DNA from: Octopus vulgaris
Lineage: Eukaryota
Assembly: GCA_951406725.2 (NCBI GenBank)
Contig: OX597817.1
Coordinates: 155,372,001-155,436,000, forward strand
DNA: 64,000 nucleotides
Direction of reading: 5' to 3'
In this document: piece by piece, positions 11,765 through 32,122 of the stretch
Layout of the letters: every line of letters begins with the position of its first letter
Numbering within the stretch: position 1 is the stretch's first letter
Program-made: the position numbers and the translations under genes
Notes under the pieces: model-generated
The model's database searches: none
Seen by the model: only the letters and a program-made list of their open reading frames with translations
What the model was told of the DNA's origin: nothing

Positions 11765-12983
11765 AGTTTCTCTTAACATTGATCAACAGGCCACCCGGAA
11801 ATCCATACTTTCGAGAGATAATAACAATATCAGATTATATTGAAGATATTGCTCTCTTCAGAGACACCATCTCAGAATCTATCGCCCGTCCTTCAAATAG
11901 GAGTTTGAAATCAAACTTTGTATGATAATGCCTCGAATACTGAATACAACGCTTACACTCGGGGGGATAAGGGGCACAATCACATAAAACCTTCGGAAAA
12001 CTGTCGACGCCTTTGTAAACTAAGGAATTTATATCGTTTCTACAAAAAAACGATGAAAAGTTCGTCTCGCGAAGTGTAACAGCATCTTTCGTATAGTTAA
12101 TCTTAAAACAAATATCGGCAACATCTTTGAAGAAAGGCTAAAACTTGCCAACATTCTAATAATTATTAAAAATTATCTTGAAAGATTATTTCTATATGTT
12201 CATAGTAAATAAACTAGCGGCACTCAAGCTCCCAGATTTATCAGTTCACCTCGTCTCGTCTTCCTTTCTTGTTACAGAGGGCACCAAAACATAGATAGTC
12301 TAGGGCGCCAGCCATTCTGTAACAACTAGTATTCGATTGGGTACACTCGTTTATGATATGGCGGCAAGGGCCCAACATGAGAAAGAACAATTTACGTTGG
12401 CAACTTGATGCCTATCAGTCAAGTTGTGTTCAATTAACTCCAGGCGTTTCCCTTTTATTTCATACACCTATAGTTTCTTCAGCAGTCTTTTGTATGCGAC
12501 AAGGTCAAAAGTTTCAGTTAAATACAAGTAAATTACATCAACTGGAACGCCTTAATCTAGACATTTAGTCCTAAACTCTAGTACGACTAGAGGTTTGTTG
12601 CACATGAATGCCCAGTAATGAGCTCATGCTGGCAATCATATTGTTAATATATCAATGTCATATAAGTAGTGCTTCATCAACTCGTTCCGTGTGAATGAAT
12701 CCAAGAATCTTCCTCTGAATATTGCTTATTGCATGAAACCTGAATATTTTATGAGAAATTGTAACCTTCGTGTCTTTTCGAAGAGCAAGTGGGATTAAAA
12801 AATAGATCTACCTAGGAAATTTCTTGCTGAGCATTGTATTCTCCAGGTTCTGAACGAATGGAATATTTTATTTTTTCTTATTTCAGAAATTATATTTTTG
12901 GCAGCGCTTGGTGACTTTAAGGAGCCGTAATGGCTACAACGTTTAAAAAACAAAAGATTTAAGACCGGCACAAATGTTTTATG

Positions 12984-12984
12984 C

Positions 12985-13080
<96 letters not shown>

Positions 13081-13137
13081 TAGGGAGAGTGCGTGCTTGT
13101 GTGAGCCAGCCTGTGCGAGCGTGCTTGTGTGAACGTG

Positions 13138-13199
<62 letters not shown>

Positions 13200-13364
13200 C
13201 GTGCGTATGTATGTCCAATAAATATTTTACGCTACCGTATATATCTTACTAAATTTATAGGTGCATTAATATGCTACTATATATACCAGTGTATATACAC
13301 CTATACATGCACGCACATACACACCCTCACACATATATGTGTGTCTATATCTATCTATCTATAT

Positions 13365-13439
<75 letters not shown>

Positions 13440-13545
13440 TATACAGATTGATAGATACATACATACATTCATACATAATACATCTTTCAATACATACATA
13501 CATACATACATACATACATGAATTGCATACATACATACATACAAA
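12984..13545. repeat. Compound microsatellite cluster (CA)n/(TG)n/(TA)n/(GA)n/(TACA)n
   Basis: Directly visible simple repeats. Confidence 0.95.
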
Positions 13546-13556
13546 CATACTACGAA

Positions 13557-13945
13557 GGCGGCGAGCTGGCAGAAACCTTAGCATGCCGGGCGAAATGCTT
13601 AGCGGTTTTTTCTGCCGCTACGTTTTGGGTTCAAATTCCGGTTGCCTTTCATCCTTTCGGGGTCGATTTAATAAGTACCAGTTGCGCACTGAGGTCGATA
13701 TAATCGACTTATTCCGTTTGTCTGTTCTTGTTTGTCCTCTCTGTGTGTAGCCCTTTGTGGGCAGTAAAGAAATAGGTATTTCGTCTGTCTTTACGTTCTG
13801 AGTTCAAATTTCGTAGAGGTCGACTTTGCCTTTCATCCTTTCGGGGTCGATAAATTAAGTACCAGTTACGCACTGGGGTCGATCTAATCGACTGGCCCCC
13901 TCCCCAAAAATATCGGACCTTTTTCCTAGAGTAGAAAAGACTATT
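13557..13945 (+). mobile_element. SINE of the same family, partially dimeric
   Basis: GGCGGCGAGCTGGCAGAA head; two copies of GCCTTTCATCCTTTCGGGGTCGAT...AAGTACCAG; other copies at ~15670-15865(-), 49670-49830, 50101-50225 and 62595-62765. Confidence 0.8.
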
Positions 13946-14051
13946 AGTAACTAACTTGTGGGGAGGGATTATCTTTTGTTTGTTTGGTTGGCTTTTTTTT
14001 AAAGATAAAGGCCTCTTCGATTGACATGTTTATATGCTTACTTATACTTCC

Positions 14052-15248
14052 TAAATTGCCCTTAAAAAATGGAAAAGTAAACGGCGATAGAAACCGGAAG
14101 TGACGACAGTGGCATACAAGAATTTCATGCCACAGACACCACAGCGTATATTACATTCTAGTAATGCGTTTTAATATTTCTGAAATAGCAGCTGAAGTAC
14201 ATTGTTCTAGTGTTCTATAACCATCAATGAACATTACTGAGAAAGCAATTTGTTGGCTTGCACATCGACGCATGACAGTCAACACAGCTTTATGTGAGTG
14301 TAAACAATAATATGAAATTGTCGGAGTCAACAGTTGTGATGATAAAGATTTGTTGTTAGGACGGCAAGTTGTAAGATGTGTAAGATAGACAATGCATGAA
14401 GTTTTAAGGAAATATTTGTTTACCGTTACGTTACAATACCTTGCCTCGACGGACAGGTTATGATAAATCCAAAAGCATGCGAAGTAAAGTTTGGTGCGGT
14501 AGAATGTTGTATTACATAGTTTGGCGTAACGGAATAGTTAGTAATAATCCACAGATAGCGATAGAATGATGTTGCAAGAGAACAGAATTAGAGCTAGAGA
14601 GAATTGTAGGGTGTTGTCTCACAGTTGCTTTCTCCCTCTGACCAAGGTTGGTCAGCCAGACCTCGTTGAGTCGTCACCTACTGTGACTAACTGATTTTTG
14701 CTTGGGGTATGCTTGCTTATATAAAGATTCAGAAGGATAGATATATCGTTGAGAACAATAGATTTAGTTGGTGGTCTTGTTGTCTCTATTCTAGCTTTTG
14801 GTGAAGTAGAAGAGGTTAGAAATGGTCAAGTAGTGAAGACATTATTTCGGCCTAGCTAAAGGCATCTGGAAAATGTAAAACCGCTGTCAGAGAAAAACCA
14901 TTGTTCCACTATGGGAACAGTTCTGTTGCAGCGTTAATTTTAATTTGGCTATGGTGGATCGAATCCACTTCATGCATGCAAGATCCACTACATGAGCAAT
15001 GTAATACTCCTGCACGATAAATGATCTGTAGAGAAAGAACCGATAGAAAAAGGTGGATTGTTCCAGTGGATTCACTCGAACTATACGAGTCAGTTCCTTT
15101 TTGAGAAAAAACACTTGACTCTACCAATAATAATTAATTTCAAGTACATGTAGATAAGAGAGTGTCACATGTTTACATAAAATTACGGGATGTCACTGTC
15201 ATCACTTCCAGTTTCTATCGCAATTTTCATTTCTTCCAGGACAATTTA
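14052..15248. mobile_element. Putative non-autonomous DNA transposon with ~60-bp imperfect terminal inverted repeats (TIRs)
   Basis: GCGATAGAAACCGGAAGTGACGACAGTGGCAT (14084-14115) matches the reverse complement of 15190-15221 at 29/32; both outer ends read TAAATTG(C/T)CC. Confidence 0.6.
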
Positions 15249-18120
15249 CTTTCATTTTTCTACGACGGTAAACTGCATGTTAACCGACATTATAATCGTT
15301 GAGGTATCCACCATGTGTTGTTATTGTTATTGTTTAACCAAAAGTAAGCCCAGACTGAGATGATCTACGGACTTTAAGATAGTGATTTGTTAACTTATAG
15401 GTTGTTATATTTAGTAGGTCTAGTGACCGTATAGAACATTATTCATTGCACGTTTATTATGTATTGATACAATTTTGTAGTACTTTGAGAGGAAGTATGA
15501 AAGGGTATGTTTAATTTAAGTAGTTGGAACAAAATGTGACAATAAAAACAATAGCTTTGCTGGGAATAATAACAAAACCAACAAACTGTCATTAGTAGCA
15601 ACGCTTATTGGTATTAACGACGACGACACTACTAACGACCTCCTTTCGTCCTAAATATTGGTTTCAAATGTTGGCAAAAGGCCAGCAATTTTAGGATAGA
15701 GGTAAGTCGATTACATCGACTCCAATGCTTAACTGGTACTTATCTTATCGACCTCGGAAGGGTAAAAAGCGAAGTCGTCCTCCGGCGGAATTTGAACGAA
15801 AAGACAGATGAAATGCCGCTAAGCATTTTGCCCAGCGTGCTAATGATTCTGCCAGCTCGCTGCCTTAATAAAAGCAACGTGCCCAGGTGGGATCAACTCA
15901 CAACCTTCAGATCCCTGCACAGACCTTGTTTCATTATGCGAGTGACGCGCTGCCTACTGCGCTACCGAGGCACTTTTCATTCCAAATATTATTTATTATA
16001 ACTGGAATTGTTTACACTAAACTCTATCAAAGGATTATTATTACTATAAGTGAAAGTGTTATAGTTACATTGTTACACTTGTAGCTATACCCTGTCCCAC
16101 ACAATTCTCCTTTATTCTCCAGTACGAAGTTTTAATAAACATGGAATGAACCTAATTTTATATTGAGAAAACGATATATTTTATTGTTAGAAGCTTAACA
16201 TTATTATCTTTATCAAAGCTGTTATCCCTTGACTCTTTCCTCTTCACTTCCCTTTCTTCTTCTCGCTCTATATCTCCTTTTCTTTCTTACATTTTAGCAT
16301 CAAGACATTTATTGAATATGTACATCTGAACTCTATGGATCTGATTCTCGGGAAGACATCCTAATCGTTGTCATTACGCGGGTAAGGTTATAATAGATAA
16401 TGAGAAAGAAAAGTTGTGGCCTTCATACATTCCTCAAGTTAACAACATGAATAAAAGTCTGTTTTGTAACTGGCAGTCGAACAAAGTTGCCATCGTGGTT
16501 CGACATATGATCATGCTCTCCACCATCACTGCACCACGATGTCAGTAAACTACTCTGCCACTACCATATGATACCGCTGCATTACGATGACTGTACACTA
16601 TGATACTACTATGCCACGAGGCTACTACACTACAATATCACTTCAATACGATATCATTACACTACAACATAACGTCACTATATACGACATTAGTGCATTC
16701 CGCCCCAGTACTGTGATGTCACAAAACTAGGAAGCCATGATATCACTACAATATCCCTACACTGCGAGGCTACTACACAACCATGACAATACACTACAAT
16801 ACCACTACATCAAGAAGCTACAGCACCACACTATAATGTCATTACGAAACGATGCGGCTGTCAGTACATTACATTGCACCTTACATTAGAATGCCACATT
16901 ACTAAATGTTACAACACTACGATACCACTACCATTCTGTGTGATTGTACTATGGTATCGGCACACTCTAATGCTACCACATTATTATGCCATTACACTCC
17001 CATGCAACAACACTAGAATGCCACTACATACGATGAAATTATGTAGGTCACTTTTCTTTTCCATAAGTTTTTTGAGAAATANNNNNNNNNNNNNNNNNNN
17101 NNNNNNNNNNNNNNNNNNNNNNNNNNNNNNNNNNNNNNNNNNNNNNNNNNNNNNNNNNNNNNNNNNNNNNNNNNNNNNNNNTGATTTCTTAGAATTTGCA
17201 GTAAAGTGGTTCGGAATATAATGAAATTCATATCTTTTACAAAATAATTTGCTATAAAACAGACACGTGCACAAACAGACACGTGCACACACACACATAT
17301 GTATCACTGTACTGACCAGAAAATCGGATGTTGTTATACACTACTGGTCACAATGCGCTTCCTCGCATTGTTGTAGCTTTCGAACGATGCCACTCGTTGG
17401 CTAGGTGGGTAGGCAGGTCAACAGCCAGAAACTACCCCTGAACGAGATGCCAGTCCGACTTCAAATCATATTTTGTTTAAGTTGGATTTGAACTCAGAAT
17501 TATATCAATCTTTCGTCAATTATCTGTTATGTTCTCTGAACTATCACCACGTCCTTCAATGAGATATATTTTTAGTGAGAGCTATATAGTCCCCCTCTGA
17601 GATTGAAAAATTGCGGGTACTTATTCTTTATTCAATACATGAAACAAAGTTATCAATGAGAAACATGCATGATGAACAATTTTATTGGAAACGTTTTCAA
17701 TATTGGGACATATTCGTGAAAGACAAACCCTCGTTTCCTCTTCGATGCAACGGAGCCTCTCTCTCTCCTTTTCTTTTTTTTTTTTTGTGGGGAGTAAAGG
17801 TGGATTTGAGGTTAATGAGGGTTGAAAATCTCAACATAAATACGATGTGAAAAACTACATCGAAACTGATAAGGCATTTTTTTGCTACCGAGGGGTATCT
17901 TCCAATAATAGCAATCCAAAATGTATCAATAGTTAACTCAGCATACTTGATTTTTAAGTCGCATGATCACTAGATATAGATGCCAATTTCTCTTCTTCAC
18001 ATATTTTCAGACCAATATTAGATGGAATTTTTATGAAGGGATTCGGAACCCAATCATATTCTGTGTTCCAGATTTGTCAAATGTTCAAATACAGTAGGAG
18101 TCATTTCTTTTATGCAGCTT

Positions 18121-18217
18121 TTACGTATTAAGGGAAGCATTTTCGAAGTTACCACCTTCAACTCTATTTATCCAAATTGCAACTTTCTTTTTAAATGAAA
18201 CCAGCTTATCTGTCGAA
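18121..18217 (-). pseudogene. Possible hAT-family transposase fragment
   Basis: DKLVSFKKKVAIW..RV..GNF resembles the Charlie/Buster-type hAT segment DK..AF..KL.LW; truncated by a gap. Confidence 0.4.
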
Positions 18218-18317
18218 NNNNNNNNNNNNNNNNNNNNNNNNNNNNNNNNNNNNNNNNNNNNNNNNNNNNNNNNNNNNNNNNNNNNNNNNNNNNNNNNNNN
18301 NNNNNNNNNNNNNNNNN

Positions 18318-19799
<1,482 letters not shown>

Positions 19800-22409
19800 T
19801 ACTCTTTTACTCTTTTACTTGTTTCAGCCATCCGGCTGAGGCCATGCTGGGGCACCGCCCTTGTTGCTACCCTCTCTAAGTCCAGTTTGCCGTGGCTGGC
19901 CACTGATCTAAGAGAGAGTTTGTAGCTGCTGCCCTTAGGTTACCTTCGTACCTTGCAGTGGGTTCATCTGGGATCCCGGAAAGCAGCTTGTCTAGATGTT
20001 TTTTGAAAATGTCCACATCCGCATCATGTAGATCTCTTAGTTTTCTTGGCAGTTTGTTGAAAAGCTGAGGGCCCCTGATCCCCAGGCTATTACAGTATCT
20101 GCTCCTTACCCTGGATGTGGAAGACGGGACCTTTGGCACCACACAGTGACGTCCTGTACGGGGATTGGAACAGCTCTCAATTCCAAAATTTGGTGCTAGT
20201 CCCTCCAGGATTTTCCATATGTATATCACTGCATATCTCTCTCGTCTTCGTTCCAAGGAGTACAAATTGAGTTCCCTAAGCCTCTCCCAATAGTTCTTTT
20301 CTTTCATGGTGGAAATCCTCTTGGTGAAATGTCTTTGGATTGTCTCAAGCTCTGTGGTTAGTTTGACACTATGCGGTGACCACAGTTGGGAGCAGTAGTC
20401 CAGGCGGCTTAGGACAAATGTCCTCCATAGTGTCAACATGGTCTCGCAGTCTCTTGTCCGGAATGTCCTCAGGATCCAGCCAGTGAGTCGTCTGCACATT
20501 GTCGCCACCTTCGCGATGTGTGAAGAAAAGGATGCATCGTCACTCATGTCTATCCCCAGGTCCCGTATTGATTTCGATACTGGGATTTCGATCCCTCCTG
20601 GACCAGTATAGTTGTGTTGTAATGTATATGTGTTTACAGCTTGATATTGTAAGGCTTGAAATTTACCAGCATTAAATTGCCTGTTGTTGTCTTCAGCCCA
20701 TTTGTATATGGCATCCAGATTTTGTTGTAAAAGGTCAGCATCAGCTGGGTTTTTGATTGCCTGTGCTACCTTTGTGTCATCAGCATAGCTAGTGAGGGAT
20801 GTTGTTTGTGCTACCAAGGGCATGTCAGAGAGCGCCACGAAAAACAGCAAGGGTCCCAAGACTGTGCCCTGTGGCACCCCCGCTTGCTATTGGTGTCTTT
20901 CCCGAGAGGGCTCCATTGGCTGCAACCATCTGGCTTCTGTCCTTCAGGAAGTCATGTATCCACTCACCTACTTTTCCTGTTATGCCGAGTCTGAGTAATT
21001 TGTGACATATCACTCCGTGGTCGACTTTGTCAAAGGCCTTCGCAAAGTCGAGATATACCACATCCACCTGTGAGCGATCCAGTAGTTGTTTCAGTACCCA
21101 GTCGTAGTGTTGTAACAGCTGCGTAGGCAGCTTCTTCCTGGGCGAAAGCCATGCTGTGTGTCAGTGAGACGGTTAGTTTCTTCGAGGAACGTGATCAGTT
21201 TTTTTCTGATGATTCGTTCCATGACCTTACTTATGTGTGACGTCAGGGAGACTGGCCTGTAGTTTTTGGCCTCTGCTCTACCCCCTCCTTTGTGGATAGG
21301 GCATATGGTGCCTTCCTTTAGCGCCCTGGGCAGTCTACCGCAGCCAAGGAACCACTGAAGAGCTTCCTTCAGTGGTCCCGCTAGGGCATGCCTGCATGTT
21401 TTTAGGAGGACTGCTGGGAATCCATCTGATCCAGCAGCTGAGTTTATTCTCATTTCTTCTATGGCAGATATTACATCCCTCTCTGTTATGTCTATGTGGT
21501 CGATGGTTGTTGTTTGGTTTTGGAGTGTTGTGGCATCAAAGAAAACTTCTGGGTTTGTGATTTGCATGTGCCCCAGAGGGGATGTGAACACATTTTTATA
21601 CTGTTCCTTTAGTATTTCACTTATCCCTTGGGGGTCCTCAGTTAGAGAGCCCTTTTATCAAAGAGTGGGCCAATCTTGCAGTGTACCGAGGTGGTTTCTT
21701 TCGCAAATTTAAAGAAGGCTTTAGGTTTATTTTAATATTCTCTATGGCCCTGGCTTCTCTCTCTGCCCTCTCCTTCTCATAGAAAGTTTGAGTGCAGTTT
21801 CTGTTTCAAAAGTTTCAGGTGGAGTCCCTCATTGTTTCTCTGCCGTGCATTCAGTTGCTTCGAGAGCTTAGCTCTTCGCCTCATAAGTATTTTCCTGTCT
21901 CTGGGAATAACGTTCCTATGCCCGCTGGCTTTTTTCTCCGGGACAAACTTATGGCATATGTTCTGTATTGTTGTCATGAAATGTTGGAAATGTGTGTTGG
22001 TGTCTTGTGTGGTGATGAAGTCACTCCAGTCATGTTTTCGGATCTCTTCGTTTATCTTCTTCCAGTTTGCCTTATGGAAGTTTAGACTGGATAGACCTGT
22101 GGTATTTTCTAATGGCTGCGTTCCTCAACTAACTCTCTCATACCATATATCATTACCTCTACTAAGTTGTGATCTGAGAGAATTATTGGTGTTACCATTA
22201 TGTTGTGGATGAGCATCGGGTTGCTTGTGAAACAGAGGTCCAAGACATTCTCACCTCTTTGTTGGCCGAAGCACTGCTTGTTCCATGAAAAACTTGCGTG
22301 TGAGAGCCAACAAGGACTCTGTCTGTCTCTGTTCAAGTGATGTCATTCCAGGGAGGAGATGGCCATCTGGCCATTTGACTTTCGGAAGGTTAAAATCTCC
22401 CAGCAGTAG
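19800..22409 (-). mobile_element. CR1/L2-group LINE, 5'-truncated and frameshifted (APE C-terminus + RT + 3' tail)
   Basis: LLGDFN, LDLCF..SDHNLV, NYRPVSLTS, QHGFR, YLDFAKAFDKVDH, PQGTVLGPLLF, YADD, LERRRER; tail GAAACAAGTAAAAGAGTAAAAGAGTA. Confidence 0.9.
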
Positions 22410-23023
22410 AAAGTAGATTACATCCGACGTTATAATTCAAATGCCCCAACTAACAGCGCGCCAAACTTTCACGGAAAACAAATACAGCATTTAGAAATAA
22501 ATGCAGCATAATTATAATTAATTAATAAGGGTGAGAGAATTAGATACTAATTTAATAGTATATCTATTCTACACCAAGTGGCCTAGTGCTTCGAGAAACC
22601 TGGATTATTATAATATTTTATAATATATTATAATATTTTTACAAAATAAATATAAGAGAGTGGTCACTATATGGCTCACGGTCTAGCACCAGTTAATCCA
22701 AAAGGTTTCAACCACAAAAAATACATGCTTCCCATGAAAGTCAGTACGATTGTTAGCTCACACGGACAGGGCAAATAAAAAATAACAAATACAGATTATT
22801 TTGGGACAATTGTTTCGCTATTAATGAATTAAATGTAATTTTACTTTATCCACTTTAGCTCTGGCATTTATTTCTAAATGCTGTATTTGTTTTCCGTGAA
22901 AGCCTTGGCGCGCTGTTATTGGGGCATTTGAATTATAACGTCGGATGTAATCAATTGAACCACACGCGTATTTATCGTTATGGTAAAATCTGGCGTGTGA
23001 TTGAGTGGATTTCATCCAGATAG

Positions 23024-23107
23024 TTTTGGCCGAAGAGCTACAAGTGGATTTTATTGTAAGTAAAATTACATTTAATTCATTAATAAAGCGAAACAATTGT
23101 CCCAAAA
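23024..23107 (+). ncRNA. Type I hammerhead ribozyme with long loop II and palindromic stem III
   Basis: TTTTGG-CCGAAGA-GCT-(~47 nt AT-rich)-AGC-GAAA-caattg-TC-CCAAAA; GUC triplet. Confidence 0.7.
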
Positions 23108-23268
23108 TAATCTGTATTTTGTTATTTTTTATTTGCCCTGTCCGTGTGAGCTAACAATCGTACTGACTTTCATGGGAAACATGTATTTTGTGGTTGAAAC
23201 CTTTTGGATTAACTGGTGCTAGAGTGAGCCATATAGTGACCACTCTCTTATATTTATTTTGTAAAAAT

Positions 23269-24080
<812 letters not shown>

Positions 24081-24322
24081 TCATCATCATCATCATCATC
24101 GTTTAACGTCCGTTTTCCGCGCTAGCACGGGTTGGACGGTTTCGACCAGGGTCTGGGGAGCTCGGGACTGCCCCAGGCTCCAGTCTAGTCTGGCAGTGTT
24201 TCTACAGCTGGATGCCCTTCCTAACGCCAACCACTCCGCGAGTGTAGTGGGTGTTTTTACGTGCCACCTGCACAGGTGCCAGAGTGGTCTGGCATCGGCC
24301 ACGTTCGGATGGTGCTTTTTAT

Positions 24323-25146
24323 GGGGGGTGCAGAAATATAGGGGAGCACCAGTGGGAGGGGTGGTTCAGAGGACAGGTACTAGTCAAGTAGAACGTAGGA
24401 TATCGAGAGAGGGGTAATGCATGGTGAAATAGCGTATTGAAGAGGGGGGTTCAAAGAGTAGACACCTATAATGGTGGTGGGGGGTGCAGAAATATAGGGG
24501 AGCACCAGTGGGAGGGGTGGTTCAGGGGACAGGTTCTAGGCAAGTAGAACGTAGAATATCGAGGAGAGGGGTAATGCATGGTGAAATAGCGTATTGAAGA
24601 GGGGGGTTCAAAGAGTAGACACCTATAATGGTGGTGGGGGGGTGCAGAAATATAGGGGAGCACCAGTGGGAGGGGTGGGCACCAGTGGGAGGGGTGGTTC
24701 AGAGGACAGGTTCTAGGCAAGTAGAACGTAGGATATCGAGAGAGGGGTAATGCATGGTGAATAGCGTATTGAAGAGGGGGTTCAAAGAGTAGACACCTAT
24801 AATGGTGGTGAGGGGGGGGTGCAGAAATATAGGGGAGCACCAGTGGGAGGGGTGGTTCAGAGGACAGGTTCTAGGCAAGTAGAACGTAGGATATCGAGAG
24901 AGGGGTAATGCATGGTGAAATAGCGTATTGAAGAGGGGGGTTCAAAGAGTAGACACCTATAATGGTGGTGGGGGGATGCAGAAATATAGGGGAGCACCAG
25001 TGGGAGGGGTGAGCACCAGTGGGAGGGGTGGTCCAGAGGACAGGTTCTAGGCAAGTAGAACGTAGGATATCGAGAGAGGGTAATGCATGGTGAAATAGCG
25101 TATTGAAGAGGGGGTTCAAAGAGTAGACACCTATAATGGTGGTGGG
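24323..25146. repeat. G-rich tandem repeat, ~156-180-bp unit x5
   Basis: GGTGCAGAAATATAGGGGAGCACCAGTGGGAGGGG recurs at ~24327, 24483, 24641, 24818 and 24975; one inverted unit at ~28283-28450. Confidence 0.9.
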
Positions 25147-25223
25147 AGAAAACGACATCCGGTATAGTTGGAGCAAAATAGAGATATCCGGTATTGGTGG
25201 TGGGGATGGGTAGGGCGGGCGCG

Positions 25224-25759
25224 CCGCGAAGAATCGGCAGCCAATTTCTATAAGGGAGATAGATCTTAAATATCTATAACGATAACTAGTGAATTATACA
25301 GAATATGCAAAAACGAGGCGAGGCTGAAAATAGTAAACAGAGTGGCGACTAGGGGGATCAGAATAATAATAATTAATAAATAATAATAATAAATAGAGAT
25401 ACGGATGAATTAAAGTTCAAAGATTTCTTATCTTGAGATCACTTCGTTTACGGACAGACTTGGCAAAAGGAATTCGGAATCAAGAATGAGGCAGTTTACT
25501 AGCTTAAGTATGCATAGCCATGGCGGGTGGTAGGAAGAGAGGAGTCCAGACAGACGACAATGTAAAAAAGAGGGGAAGAGAAAAACCCCGCGAAGAATCG
25601 GCAGCCAATTTCTATAAGGGAGATAGATCTTAAATATCTATAACGATAACTAGTGAATTATACAGAATATGCAAAAACGAGGCGAGGCTGAAAATAGTAA
25701 ACAGAGTGGCGACTAGGGGGATCAGAATAATAATAATTAATAAATAATAATAATAAATA
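25224..25759. repeat. ~172-bp direct repeat pair
   Basis: CCGCGAAGAATCGGCAGCC...AATAAATA at 25224-25395 and 25588-25759. Confidence 0.85.
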
Positions 25760-25796
25760 TATATATATACGGGGATATATATATATATACATATAC

Positions 25797-26091
<295 letters not shown>

Positions 26092-26325
26092 CATATATAT
26101 ATACATGTATATATATATATACATATATAACATATATACATGTATATATATACATACATATATACATATATATATACATATATATATATACATACATATA
26201 TATATATATATACATATATATATACATATATATATATATACATATATATATACATATACATATATACATACATATATACATATACATATATATATACATA
26301 TATATATACATATATATATATATAT

Positions 26326-26372
<47 letters not shown>

Positions 26373-26497
26373 TATATACATATATATATATATACATACA
26401 TATATATATACATATATATATACATACATATATATATATACATATATATATACATATATATATACACACACATATATATACATATATATATATATAC

Positions 26498-26612
<115 letters not shown>

Positions 26613-26613
26613 C

Positions 26614-26660
<47 letters not shown>

Positions 26661-26661
<1 letters not shown>

Positions 26662-28199
26662 GTCTACCGTTTAAATGTTTTGAACTTATAACCACCAATC
26701 TGCTTTGCTTTCCTTTTCTTTCTACATGCCACCCTAAAAACATCGCCATTCCCGCCCGTTTCTCTAAAAGTTCAACCTTCGCATATTCCCTTTAATTCGA
26801 TCTCCACCATTCACTATCATTTCTTCCCCTGGTTTACAGCGATGTCCATGAGCAGGCTACGATTTCTCCCTTCTTTTTTCATACATACATACATTTGTCT
26901 ACCGTTTAAATGTTTTGAACTTATAACCACCAATCTGCTTTGCTTTCCTTTTCTTTCTACATGCCACCCTAAAAACATCGCCATTCCCGCCCGTTTCTCT
27001 AAAAGTTCAACCTTCGCATATTCCCTTTAATTCGATCTCCACCATTCACTATCATTTCTTCCCCTGGCTTACAGCGATGTCCATGAGCAGGCTAAGATTT
27101 CTCCCTTCTTTTTTTCATACATACATACATTTGTCTACCGTTTAAATGTTTTGAACTTATAACCACCAATCTGCTTTGCTTTCCTTTTCTTTCTACATGC
27201 CACCCTAAAAACATCGCCATTCCCGCCCGTTTCTCTAAAAGTTCAACCTTCGCATGTTCCCTTTAATTCGATCTCCACCATTCACTATCATTTCTTCCCC
27301 TGGCTTACAGCGATGTCCATGAGCAGGCTAAGATTTCTCCCTTCTTTTTTTCATACATACATACATTTGTCTACCGTTTAAATGTTTTGAACTTATAACC
27401 ACCAATCTGCTTTGCTTTCCTTTTCTTTCTACATGCCACCCTAAAAACATCGCCATTCCCGCCCGTTTCTCTAAAGTTCAACCTTCGCATGTTCCCTTTA
27501 ATTCGATCTCCACCATTCACTATCATTTCTTCCCCTGGCTTACAGCGATGTCCATGAGCAGGCTAAGATTTCTCCCTTCTTTTTTCATACATACATACAT
27601 TTGTCTACCGTTTAAATGTTTTGAACTTATAACCACCAATCTGCTTTGCTTTCCTTTTCTTTCTACATGCCACCCTAAAAACATCGCCATTCCCGCCCGT
27701 TTCTCTAAAAGTTCAACCTTCGCATGTTCCCTTTAATTCGATCTCCACCATTCACTATCATTTCTTCCCCTGGCTTACAGCGATGTCCATGAGCAGGCTA
27801 GATTTCTCCCTTCTTTTTTCATACATACATACATTTGTCTACCGTTTAAATGTTTTGAACTTATAACCACCAATCTGCTTTGCTTTCCTTTTCTTTCTAC
27901 ATGCCACCCTAAAAACATCGCCATTCCCGCCCGTTTCTCTAAAGTTCAACCTTCGCATATTCCCTTTAATTCGATCTCCACCATTCACTATCATTTCTTC
28001 CCCTGGCTTACAGCGATGTCCATGAGCAGGCTAAGATTTCTCCTTCTTTTTTTACATACATACATACATTTGTCTACCGTTTAAATGTTTTGAACTTATA
28101 ACCACCAATCTGCTTTGCTTTCCTTTTCTTTCTACATGCCACCCTAAAAACATCGCCATTCCCGCCCGTTTCTCTAAAGTTCAACCTTCGCATATTCCC
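26661..28199. repeat. Homogeneous satellite, ~235-bp unit x6.5
   Basis: TGTCTACCGTTTAAATG starts at 26661, 26896, 27132, 27368, 27602, 27836 and 28071. Confidence 0.95.
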
Positions 28200-28695
28200 G
28201 GTGCACCCGCCCTTGCCCACCCCCACCACCAATACCGGATATCTCTATATTTTTGTTCCATCTATACCGGATGTCGCTTCTCCCACCACCATTATAGGTG
28301 TCTACTCTTCGAACCCCCCTCTTCAACACGCTATTTCACCATGCATTACCCCTCTCTTGATATCCTACGTTCTACTTGCCTAGAACCTGTCATCATTTCT
28401 CTGAACCACCCCTCCCCACTGGTGCTCCCCTATATATTTCTGCATCCCCCCCCACATAAAAAGCACCATCCGAACGTGGCCGATGCCAGACCCCTCTGGC
28501 ACCTGTGCAGGTGGCACGTAAAAAACACCCACTACACTCGCGGAGTGGTTGGCGTTAGGAAGGGCATCCAGCTGTAGAAACACTGCCAGACTAGACTGGA
28601 GCCTGGGGCAGTCCCGAGCTCCCCAGACCCCGGTCGAAACCGTCCAACCCGTGCTAGCGCGGAAAACGGACGTTAAACGATGATGATGATGATGA

Positions 28696-31834
<3,139 letters not shown>

Positions 31835-31835
31835 G

Positions 31836-31921
<86 letters not shown>

Positions 31922-31937
31922 ATATATATATATATGT

Positions 31938-32004
<67 letters not shown>

Positions 32005-32038
32005 TATATATATATATATATACTATATATATATATGA

Positions 32039-32119
<81 letters not shown>

Positions 32120-32122
<3 letters not shown>

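Noticed and set aside
12711-12756. CTGAATA-tTGC..GCAt-GAAA, HHR-like
   Set aside because: The core G8 is missing and there is no stem I or III
26661-28199. 235-bp array as a CRISPR array or retrozyme
   Set aside because: No unique spacers, eukaryotic context, and no HHR core seen on either strand
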